A stretch of 35,903 nt of DNA from NCBI GenBank assembly GCA_043750125.1, contig JAYVCD010000039.1, forward strand, positions 1-35,903. The letters run 5' to 3'. Positions 1 to 7,677 of the stretch are shown piece by piece. Position 1 is the stretch's first letter. The number at the start of each line of letters is the position of its first letter. A model generated the notes under the pieces. The model made no database searches. It was not told the origin of the DNA and saw only the letters and a list, made by a program, of their open reading frames with translations. The translations under genes were made by a program, and so were the position numbers. Source of the DNA: Archangiaceae bacterium. GTDB lineage: Bacteria; Myxococcota; Myxococcia; Myxococcales; Myxococcaceae.

Positions 1-84
1 GAGCTCGGTTCCGGGAGGCAGCGGTTGTCGTTGCGCGCACGCGAGGGCCAGTAAAGCCAGGCTGAGGAAACGAAGACGGCGCAT
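1..84 (-). CDS. Putative lipoprotein, 5' end only (runs off the window)
   Basis: ATG at 84 on the minus strand reads MRRLRFLSLALLALACARNDNRCLPEPS: basic N-region, hydrophobic core, lipobox LALA-C. GAAGG lies upstream. Divergent from carD; too short for the ORF track. Confidence 0.7.
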   Translation of the reverse strand, partial: MRRLRFLSLALLALACAQRQPLPPGTEL

Positions 85-176
85 CGGGCAACCCTTCAGA
101 ACCAACTTCGCCATAATTTTCCAGCGGGTAGTTTGCAGTGTGCTACGCAGGTCGCGATCTTTTTCCCGAGGGGTGC

Positions 177-1151
177 ATGCCTGAAGTGCTGTCGCTCGCG
201 GTTGGAGATCGTGTCGTCTACCCGAACCAGGGCCTGTGCATGGTCACGGGAATCGAGACCAAAGAAATCGGGGGACAACAGCTCTCATTTGTCACGCTTC
301 AGCGCGAGGAAGACGGCGCGAAGGTGATGGTACCCGAAGCGAAGGTCGTCGCGATCGGAGTCCGAAAGGTCGCCGACGTCGAAGAAGTCGGCCGGGTCTT
401 CGCGTTCCTCAAGTCCGATTCGGACAAGGCCTCGCTCGATTGGAAGGCCCGTGCGCGCACCAACGTCGAGAGGATGTCGACCGGTGGGCTGATGGGCCTG
501 ATCGAAGTGGTCAAGGGCCTGCAGGTGCTCAGCGAGCTGCGTCCGCTGCCGACCAAGGAACGCGAGCTGTACAACGACGCGCGCCACCTGCTGGTGACCG
601 AGCTGGCGGCGAGCCTCAAGTGCAGCGAGGCCGACGCGGAAGACACCGTCGACGTGGTGCTCTTTCCTCCGGGGAAAGAGCGTCCCAAGCGGTTGGCCGA
701 AGAATTTCGGGTGGCCAGCGAAGGCGACGAGGATCTCGGTCTGGAAGGAGACCTGCTGGGGATCGACGGCGAAGTCAGCGAAGAGCCGGCGGAAGCAGAG
801 CTCGCAGAAGAGGCGCCCGAAGAAGGGGCCGAAGAGAGCGAGGACGGCGAAGAGAAGCCGAAGAAGGTCGCGCTTGGAAACTCGAAGCCCGCGAAGAAGC
901 CTTCGATGCTCAGCGACCTCGAGGTCACCTCTCCGGCCGGCTCGCCGATTGAGACCGCGGCTCCCCGAAAGCGGGGCCGGCCGCCGAAGCCGAAGCCGTT
1001 GATCACCGAGCCTGCTCCCCCGCCGAAGAAGCGCGGGCGGCCGCCCAAGGCCAAGCCGGACGAAGCGGAAGCAGCCGAGCCGAAGAAGCGCGGTCGTCCC
1101 CCCAAACTCGCGGCCAAGACCGAGCCCGTCGCCGCCAAGAAGAAGAAATGA
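177..1151 (+). CDS. carD: CarD, HMGA-type global transcriptional regulator
   Basis: N-terminal CarD/TRCF-RID domain (VGDRVVYPNQGLCMV...VMVP...GVRKV), long acidic tract, three AT-hooks (RKRGRPP, KKRGRPP, KKRGRPP). GAGGGG precedes ATG 177. Directly followed by carG. Confidence 0.93.
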   Translation: MPEVLSLAVGDRVVYPNQGLCMVTGIETKEIGGQQLSFVTLQREEDGAKVMVPEAKVVAIGVRKVADVEEVGRVFAFLKSDSDKASLDWKARARTNVERMSTGGLMGLIEVVKGLQVLSELRPLPTKERELYNDARHLLVTELAASLKCSEADAEDTVDVVLFPPGKERPKRLAEEFRVASEGDEDLGLEGDLLGIDGEVSEEPAEAELAEEAPEEGAEESEDGEEKPKKVALGNSKPAKKPSMLSDLEVTSPAGSPIETAAPRKRGRPPKPKPLITEPAPPPKKRGRPPKAKPDEAEAAEPKKRGRPPKLAAKTEPVAAKKKK

Positions 1152-1660
1152 TCCGCGTCGTCACCCTCGATGAGTTCGAACCGAAGATGGTCCAGGATCT
1201 CTGCAAGATCCTCTACACCGCATTTGCGGTGGGCTCGGAGCACTCGGGCACCTTGCCGGCTCCCGCGGGCTTCAACGAGCCCTACGATGCGGGCAAATTG
1301 CTCGACGCCGCGCCCGCCGTGCGCGCATTTCAAGACGACAAGGTTCTCTACCTGACGATGCGCAAGCTCGCCTCGCGCAAGCTCTTCACCGGGGAAGCCC
1401 CGACCTTTGGAGTGGCCAAGTACAACGGTCAGCGCGCGTTGCTCAGCACGTCGTCGGTGAAGAACGTGAACGAGAACGTGAAGATGGTCGCCCGTTTCGC
1501 GCTTCAGGAATTGGGTCACTGCTTTGGCGTTCACCATTGCCTGGACCCGCGCTGCTCGATGTATCCCCACTGGACGCCCTCATTTCCGCAGGGCGAAGCG
1601 GCCTTCTGCGTCTTCTGCCGTGAACAGATTGACCAGAAGGTGCGGGTGGCGAAGTCCTGA
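1148..1660 (+). CDS. carG: CarG, archaemetzincin-like zinc-binding partner of CarD
   Basis: 170 aa, start overlaps the carD stop (ATGA). C-terminal H/C-rich motif QELGHCFGVHHC-x4-C-x-M-x15-C-x2-C. Synteny matches the myxobacterial carD-carG operon. Confidence 0.88.
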   Translation: MIRVVTLDEFEPKMVQDLCKILYTAFAVGSEHSGTLPAPAGFNEPYDAGKLLDAAPAVRAFQDDKVLYLTMRKLASRKLFTGEAPTFGVAKYNGQRALLSTSSVKNVNENVKMVARFALQELGHCFGVHHCLDPRCSMYPHWTPSFPQGEAAFCVFCREQIDQKVRVAKS

Positions 1661-2541
1661 AGTCCTGGCTCGAAGGTGCGGTGCTGGTGGTCGTCGCCCT
1701 CGCGTGTCTGGTGTTCCAGTTGAGGATGCCGTCGCGCGCAGTGGCCCAGGCCGACTACCAGGCGGTCGCGCAGGTGTTGGAAGCCGAAGCGAAGCCTGGC
1801 GATGTGGTGTTACTGGTTCCCTGGTGGACCGAGCGGGCGCGCATCTACCTTCCCGAGCGGATACCGGTGGTGGGCTACCTCGGTTCGGACCAGGACCCCC
1901 TCGAGCTCCACCCCCGGATCTGGGTGCTGTCGCAGCCGCGGATGGACGGGGTGTATACGACCCCGAATCCCCCGCTGACGCCGCCGCGCTCGTTCGGAAA
2001 TCTTCAGCTCCGGCTGGTTGAGAACCGCCAGTTCCGCGCGCCGCGGTGGGACGCGCGGGAAGCGCTCGCGAGCGCGAAGGTCTTCCTCGAGACGCCGGAA
2101 GGCGCACGTACCGACTGCCCCTGGGACCCCGAGCGCCGGGCCCACCGATGCCCGAACGGGTCTGAGGTCTCGACCGAGTTTCATGAGGTGAAGTTCCAGC
2201 CCCGTCAGTGCATCAAGTTCTTTCCCCCCGGCGGCACCTCGAAGCTGGTGGCAGAGTTCTTCAACGTTCCGGGCGCAGATTCCATCGCACTGCGCGCGGG
2301 GTTGATCTGGGACCGGGGGGCCTTCCACATGCCCGAGCTGACTCCGATCGACCTGGGCGTGCAGATCAACGGCGACGCGGCAGCGGCCTTGACGATTCCG
2401 GTCGGGGTCGAAGGCCTGCTGCGCTCGGAAGGGCCGCCCATTCCGGAAGGCGCGGCCGTTCGGGTGTGGTCGAGGTCGGCCAACCCTTCGCTCCGCGAGC
2501 TGTGCCTCGAGTTGTATGGGCTGGGGAAGAGCCATGACTGA
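1657..2541 (+). CDS. Membrane-anchored hypothetical protein, possibly glycosylation-associated
   Basis: N-terminal hydrophobic helix (AVLVVVALACLVF), GC3-rich codons, coupled to both neighbours. Start is CTG 1657 (CTGA overlap with carG) or GTG 1681. Confidence 0.7.
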   Translation: MKSWLEGAVLVVVALACLVFQLRMPSRAVAQADYQAVAQVLEAEAKPGDVVLLVPWWTERARIYLPERIPVVGYLGSDQDPLELHPRIWVLSQPRMDGVYTTPNPPLTPPRSFGNLQLRLVENRQFRAPRWDAREALASAKVFLETPEGARTDCPWDPERRAHRCPNGSEVSTEFHEVKFQPRQCIKFFPPGGTSKLVAEFFNVPGADSIALRAGLIWDRGAFHMPELTPIDLGVQINGDAAAALTIPVGVEGLLRSEGPPIPEGAAVRVWSRSANPSLRELCLELYGLGKSHD

Positions 2542-4339
2542 CGCCGTCCCGGGCCGCGCCTCGATCGACACCCGCATTGGGGTGTGCCTGTTCTTCGTCG
2601 CTTTCGCCGCGCTGCTGTTCACCGAGAAGCCGGTCGGTTTCACCCGCGATGAGAGCGTCTACTTCTACGCGGCCGAGGGCTACGCCCGTTGGTTTCAGTC
2701 GCTGGGGGTGAGCCCCGGGGCCGCGGTCGAAGACAACAGCATCGTCGGGGCCTACGACTACAACCACGAGCACCCGGTGTTGATGAAGAACCTGTTCGGG
2801 CTCTCGTACCTGCTGTTCACCGAGAAGTTGGGGCTGCTGCGGCCTGCGGCGGGCTTCCGGCTTCCTGCGTTCCTCTTCGCGGCGCTGATTCTTCCGCTGA
2901 CCTATGCGCTGGCGCGAAGGCTGTTCGGCCGGCCGGCAGGCATCTTCGCCGCGGTGAGCTTTCTGCTCGTGCCGCGCCAATTCTTCAACGCCCACCTGTC
3001 GTGCTTCGACGTGCCGATCACCGCGATGTGGCTGCTGACCATCTATTGTTTCTTTCGGGCGCAGGAAGAAAAGCGGTGGTGGCTCTACACCGGGCTCGCC
3101 TTCGGAGCCGCGCTGGGCACCAAGCACAACGCCCTCTTCCTTCCGGTGGTGGTGACCCCGTTTGCGCTGACGTTGGGCTGGCTGGCCTCGAAGGGAAAGC
3201 CCGCGGCCCGAGCGAAGTTTCTCGAGGTCAACGGGATATTCCTTGCGGGCGCGCTGCTCTACGGGCTGTTGGTCCTGGTGCAGGGGCTCGAAGGGTTCGA
3301 GCAACACTTCATCTTTCTAAGCCCTCCGACCGCGCTGTTTGTGCTGATGGCGGGCCTGGGTTTCTGGCGGCTGTGGCGGTTGCGCGCGGAAGACGAAGCG
3401 ACGTTTCGGGCGATTGCTCCCCTGGTGGCGATGGCGGTGCTCGGCCCGGTGATTTTCTATCTGCACTGGCCCTACCTCTGGGCCCACCCGGTGGATCGCA
3501 CCGCCTGGTACCTGAACTTTCACGCGACGCACAACCACTACGCCTGGTTCTACCTGGCGAAGATGCTGCGCGAGCCCCCCTTCCCCCTCGAGTACGTGGT
3601 GGTGAAGACCGCACTGACGGTGCCGACTCCGATCTTCGTGCCGATGGTGCTCGGCTTCGTCTGGGTGGGGGTGCGGGCGGCGAGGGGGAAGGCGACGATG
3701 CTCGAGCTGCTGGTGGCGGCCAACGCGGTGCTGAGCATTGCGCTCATTTCGGCCCCTTCCGTGCCGCACTTCGGAGGGGTCAAGCATTGGTTCCCCTCGA
3801 TGCCTTTCCTGGCGATCCTCGCCGGAGGCTCGCTGTCGCGCGGCGCGGCGGGTCTGCACGCGCTGCTCAATAAAAAGTTCAAGGTCGGCGAACAGTCGGT
3901 GTTCGGGGCGCTGGCGGTGCTGGTGTGCATCGCTCCGGCGATTGCGACCGCGCGGGTCTACCAATTCGGCACCAGTGCCTATTCCGAGCTGGCGGGCGGA
4001 CTTCCGGGCGCGGCGAGCCTGGGAATGCAGCGGCAGTTCTGGGCGAACAACGTCACCGGAGTGCTCGACTGGCTCAACGCCAATGCGAGGCCAGGCGAGC
4101 GGGTGTATTTCCACGAGTGCCACAACCTGCAGACCCGCGACTACCAGCGCAACGGAATGGTGCGCCCCGACATTCGCTTCGTCGGCTCGCCGTCCGACGC
4201 GGGCATCGTCCTCTACCAGTACCACCAGGAATTTCGTGAGAGCGAGTTCAATACCTGGCAGGCGCTGGGCACGGTGCGCCCGGTGACCGGCCTGTACCTG
4301 GACGAGACGCCGCAGATCATCGTCTACCGCCGGCGCTGA
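2534..4339 (+). CDS. GT-C fold glycosyltransferase (GT39/ArnT/PMT_2-like), polytopic membrane protein
   Basis: Early DE motif (TRDESVY), EHP loop (NHEHPVLMK), 'AFGAALGTKHNA' lysine motif, many transmembrane segments. ATG 2534 overlaps the upstream gene. Confidence 0.85.
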   Translation: MTDAVPGRASIDTRIGVCLFFVAFAALLFTEKPVGFTRDESVYFYAAEGYARWFQSLGVSPGAAVEDNSIVGAYDYNHEHPVLMKNLFGLSYLLFTEKLGLLRPAAGFRLPAFLFAALILPLTYALARRLFGRPAGIFAAVSFLLVPRQFFNAHLSCFDVPITAMWLLTIYCFFRAQEEKRWWLYTGLAFGAALGTKHNALFLPVVVTPFALTLGWLASKGKPAARAKFLEVNGIFLAGALLYGLLVLVQGLEGFEQHFIFLSPPTALFVLMAGLGFWRLWRLRAEDEATFRAIAPLVAMAVLGPVIFYLHWPYLWAHPVDRTAWYLNFHATHNHYAWFYLAKMLREPPFPLEYVVVKTALTVPTPIFVPMVLGFVWVGVRAARGKATMLELLVAANAVLSIALISAPSVPHFGGVKHWFPSMPFLAILAGGSLSRGAAGLHALLNKKFKVGEQSVFGALAVLVCIAPAIATARVYQFGTSAYSELAGGLPGAASLGMQRQFWANNVTGVLDWLNANARPGERVYFHECHNLQTRDYQRNGMVRPDIRFVGSPSDAGIVLYQYHQEFRESEFNTWQALGTVRPVTGLYLDETPQIIVYRRR

Positions 4340-4518
4340 GCGCGGGTGACGGCCCCTTGCAGCCCCTGCGCGTGGGGCAAGGTAAGAGCTTGAAGGTTGT
4401 TCATCCCTGAGGGCAGCGCGACCGTCCAGCTGCACACCGGCATTCACACCCCGGCCCTCGACGGAACAAGCGGTTGCCTGCTGTAACCAGCGGCGCCAGT
4501 CTTGCGTAGCAACCGGAC

Positions 4519-4623
4519 ATGCCCGACTTCTCCGAACTGTCCCCGTTGTTCCTCGGTCTGCTGGTCCTCGTAGTTTCGACCACGATGCACATGTGGCCGA
4601 AGCCGTTGACCCACCGCACCTGA
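4519..4623 (+). CDS. Candidate 34-aa small membrane protein
   Basis: ATG 4519 to TGA 4623: MPDFSELSPLFLGLLVLVVSTTMHMWPKPLTHRT, one hydrophobic helix, mostly G/C third positions. RBS is weak. Confidence 0.4.
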   Translation: MPDFSELSPLFLGLLVLVVSTTMHMWPKPLTHRT

Positions 4624-4756
4624 GTCGGGCGAATGCAGTGGCAGACGCCCAGCCTCAATCGATAACGGTGGGTGTTCATGGGGGCGACAACTGGTGACTC
4701 ACAGGAATCGGCGTTTCGGGGCACGCTGAAGCCTCACCCGAAACAAGGAGTCCACC

Positions 4757-5047
4757 ATGTCTCGTCCCGAAGCCCAGGAGTCGCACAGCGCCGCGTGGGT
4801 TGCTCAAACCTGGTTGTCATTCGCCATCTCGATCGGGATCACGTTCCTGGGGATCTGGAACCTGCCCGCAGACCTGTGGGTCAAGTCGTTCATGGGAATG
4901 GGCGTGCTGTTCTCGGTGGGCTCGTCGCTCAGTCTGGCGAAGACGCTTCGGGATCAGCATGAGTCGACCAAGCTGGTGAAGCGCATCGACGACGCTCGGG
5001 TGAGCAAGCTGATTTCCGAGCATGATCCTCTGCGCTCGGTGGGCTGA
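4757..5047 (+). CDS. YiaA/YiaB two-helix inner-membrane protein
   Basis: Strong AAGGAG RBS. Two TM helices followed by 'LAKTLRDQHE', typical of the YiaAB family. Confidence 0.8.
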   Translation: MSRPEAQESHSAAWVAQTWLSFAISIGITFLGIWNLPADLWVKSFMGMGVLFSVGSSLSLAKTLRDQHESTKLVKRIDDARVSKLISEHDPLRSVG

Positions 5048-5144
5048 ACCGAAGGGCGCGTTGCCGATCGATCGGCAGCGGTCCTCTCCCCCGCCCGCGG
5101 AAGACCCGCGCTTTTGTAGGCTGCCCTGCAGTACGGTCGCCCCC

Positions 5145-5654
5145 ATGAGAAACGGGGCGGTTCTCGCAGCGCTGAGCCTGCTGGTCGGGTGCGTCGCAGA
5201 AAAGAAGGCAGAGACTTTGGAGCGCGTCACCTTGCGGCGGCTCACCGGATCCACCTTCGAGCTCGTGCCAGCCGAAAATCAGCATCCCCACTGCCTCGCC
5301 TTCACCATCGCGTCGAATGGCGTCATTCGCCAACTCACGATGTCGCGCGAGAACATGTCCTACAGCTGCCCTGCCGGAAGGCCGATTGGCGGGCACTCGT
5401 ACCGGGTGCCGCTGGACGAAGGCACGGTGAAGATCTACGTGCTCTTCAGCAGCGAGCGGATCAACGCTGCGTCCGTCGCGCAGCAGCTGCTCGACCTGCG
5501 CGACCGCCCGAAGATTTCGTCCATCGATCTCCGCCTCCCGGGCAACGCCACGATCGAGACGATCGTGTTTGCGCCCGAGCTCGACGCTCCGCCGCCGCTG
5601 GGTGGGTTGGTGGGCCAGGACGGCGTCACCGACGGGGACGCGGGCAGTCCCTGA
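5145..5654 (+). CDS. Hypothetical lipoprotein
   Basis: MRNGAVLAALSLLVG-C lipobox; one Cys pair in the mature part. Confidence 0.75.
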   Translation: MRNGAVLAALSLLVGCVAEKKAETLERVTLRRLTGSTFELVPAENQHPHCLAFTIASNGVIRQLTMSRENMSYSCPAGRPIGGHSYRVPLDEGTVKIYVLFSSERINAASVAQQLLDLRDRPKISSIDLRLPGNATIETIVFAPELDAPPPLGGLVGQDGVTDGDAGSP

Positions 5655-6787
5655 GCTCACTCTTGATTCGGGTTCTCGTCCTCTTCGCGCTCTGCGCGCT
5701 CGCCGGCTGCAAGACTCAAAAGCTGGGCACCAAGGGCTGCGCTCAAGACACCGATTGCGGCTCGCCCGCGGCGGCCTTTCGCTGCGAGGCCCAGACGGGC
5801 GAATGTTATTGCCGCACCAACGACGCCTGCCCGTCGCGCCAGTTCTGCAACCCCGCCGGCTTCTGCCAGGATCGCGCGGGCTGTGAGAAGAACGTCGACT
5901 GCCTCGACTCGTCTTTGTTCTGCGACACCACCACCGGCACCTGCCTGGGCAAAGGCCGGTGCAGCATCGACCTTCAATGCGAGCTCGGGCAGATCTGCGA
6001 TCTCGCCCACAGCACCTGCGTCGCTGGGTGTCGCAGCAGCGGCGACTGCAAAGGCAGCTCGTGCCGGTGTGGGGAAGTGCCGTGCGTCTGCACCGGAAAG
6101 ACCCCGGCCGAGCTGGCGCTGTGTCAGGTGGGCGAGTGCGACCCCAACTTCTGCGCCGACAACACCTTCTGCAAATTCGGCGAGACCTGCGGGGCCCAGC
6201 CCGATTCCGGCGTGACCCGCAACAGCTGCTTCAACGACTTCGACAATGATCGCAAGCCGTACTGCGCCCGCTGCACCTCTGGCGGAGGCATCAGCACCTG
6301 CGGCACCGGCGCCAACTACTGCATCACCGATACCCGCACGGCCTCGACCTACTGCGGTTCGGACTGCAGCGGCGGCGAGTCCTGCCCCCGCGGCTATGGC
6401 TGCCGGGACATCATCGTCGTCTTCTCGCGCTGGCAATGCAGCGCCAGTCAGCAGTGCCCGCCGGACCCTGCGCTGCCTTGCGCCACCGACTCGGAGTGCA
6501 AGCGCGGAGGCACCTGCGTGAAGGCCCCGGGCTTTCCGAACGGGTACTGCTCGGGCGTCTGTCGCCTGCGCGAAGGAGCCTCGTTCGGGTACTGCAGCTG
6601 CCAGGTGGACTTCGACTGCGCCCAGGAATCGTGCAGCGCGGGCGAGTGCACCATCTCGCGGAAGAAGTGCGTCACCGAGCAGGACTGCCGCCCCATTCGC
6701 TGCGTCGATTTTCAAAACGCCGGCGGCTGCCTGATTGGGCAGAACTGCACCCCGGCCAATGGTTTGACCTGCATCGAAGTGCAGTAG
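5651..6787 (+). CDS. Cys-rich repeat lipoprotein (myxobacterial CxxDxDC type)
   Basis: Lipobox LCALAG-C, then tandem modules CAQDTDC, CRTNDAC, CEKNVDC, CSIDLQC, CRSSGDC, CATDSEC, CQVDFDC. Start is CTG 5651 or TTG 5663. Confidence 0.85.
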   Translation: MSSLLIRVLVLFALCALAGCKTQKLGTKGCAQDTDCGSPAAAFRCEAQTGECYCRTNDACPSRQFCNPAGFCQDRAGCEKNVDCLDSSLFCDTTTGTCLGKGRCSIDLQCELGQICDLAHSTCVAGCRSSGDCKGSSCRCGEVPCVCTGKTPAELALCQVGECDPNFCADNTFCKFGETCGAQPDSGVTRNSCFNDFDNDRKPYCARCTSGGGISTCGTGANYCITDTRTASTYCGSDCSGGESCPRGYGCRDIIVVFSRWQCSASQQCPPDPALPCATDSECKRGGTCVKAPGFPNGYCSGVCRLREGASFGYCSCQVDFDCAQESCSAGECTISRKKCVTEQDCRPIRCVDFQNAGGCLIGQNCTPANGLTCIEVQ

Positions 6788-6812
6788 CCCGCACGGGGTT
6801 TTCGCCAGGGCG

Positions 6813-7670
6813 CTACCAGGCCTTCGCGTCCCGAGCGTAGGCCTCGAGGCTTCGCGCCGGTCGCCCGAGCAGCGCTTCGACCGCGGGCTCGACCTTCTCG
6901 GCGTCCCCCCGGCGCAGGCCGACATGGAGCACGGTCTGGATCACAATCTGCATCCAGGGCATCGCTCGCCGTCGTCGCAGGTGCCACGCATAGGCCGGAA
7001 TGCTCGCCGGGTCGTAGCGGACGGGTCGGTTGACCGCGCGGGAGAGCACGGCCGCCGCTTCGAAAAACGTGAGTGCGGTCGGCCCCGTCAGGGTGAGCGA
7101 CTGGCCGGCGTGCGCGGCGGTGTTCTCGAAGACCCGGGCGGCGACGGCGCCGACATCGCGCACGTCGATGAAGGCCACCCGACCTTCGCCGGCGGGGACG
7201 AAGATCCGACTGTCTTCGACGATGTCACGCAGATACGCGTCCTCGAAGTTCTGCGCAAAGAAGCCCGGTCGAAGAAAGGTCCACCGGGTGCCAGTCGAGA
7301 GAAGGTGGAGCTCGACCTTCCGGTGCGGCACCCACTTCATCCGGTCGGCCCCCGCGACCGAGAGGAAGACGATGTGCTGGACGCCCGCGGCATACGCGGC
7401 GTCGACGAAGGGGATCAGCGTGTTTGCCATGTCGCCGATCGGAGGCGGGCGCAGCAGGAACAACAGCGCGCAGTCGGCCAATGCCGGGGCCCAGGTGGCC
7501 CGGTCGAGGAAGTCGAGCTTCGCGTGCTCGAGGTTGGGCGGGGTGGGCTCTGCTGCCTTTGCGCTGCGGTCGGCGGCCCGGACGAGCAGCCCGGTGGCGA
7601 GGCATTCCCGCACCACCGCTCGGCCTACGTTGCCCCGCGCACCGGTGACGAGGACTCTGGGACCGTTCAT
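6813..7670 (-). CDS. NmrA-family / atypical SDR NAD(P)H-binding protein
   Basis: Rossmann motif VLVTGARGNVG, 'HIVFLSV', 'WTFLRPGFFAQN', 'FIDVRDVG', 'LTGP'. Confidence 0.9.
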   Translation of the reverse strand: MNGPRVLVTGARGNVGRAVVRECLATGLLVRAADRSAKAAEPTPPNLEHAKLDFLDRATWAPALADCALLFLLRPPPIGDMANTLIPFVDAAYAAGVQHIVFLSVAGADRMKWVPHRKVELHLLSTGTRWTFLRPGFFAQNFEDAYLRDIVEDSRIFVPAGEGRVAFIDVRDVGAVAARVFENTAAHAGQSLTLTGPTALTFFEAAAVLSRAVNRPVRYDPASIPAYAWHLRRRRAMPWMQIVIQTVLHVGLRRGDAEKVEPAVEALLGRPARSLEAYARDAKAW

Positions 7671-7677
7671 CGAAGGC

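Noticed and set aside
4359..4416. Short similarities to the 32549-32713 gap (GCAGCCCCTGC; ATCCC(T)GAGGGCAG)
   Set aside because: The matches are short and GC-rich with very different spacing, which is not enough to call a repeat family.
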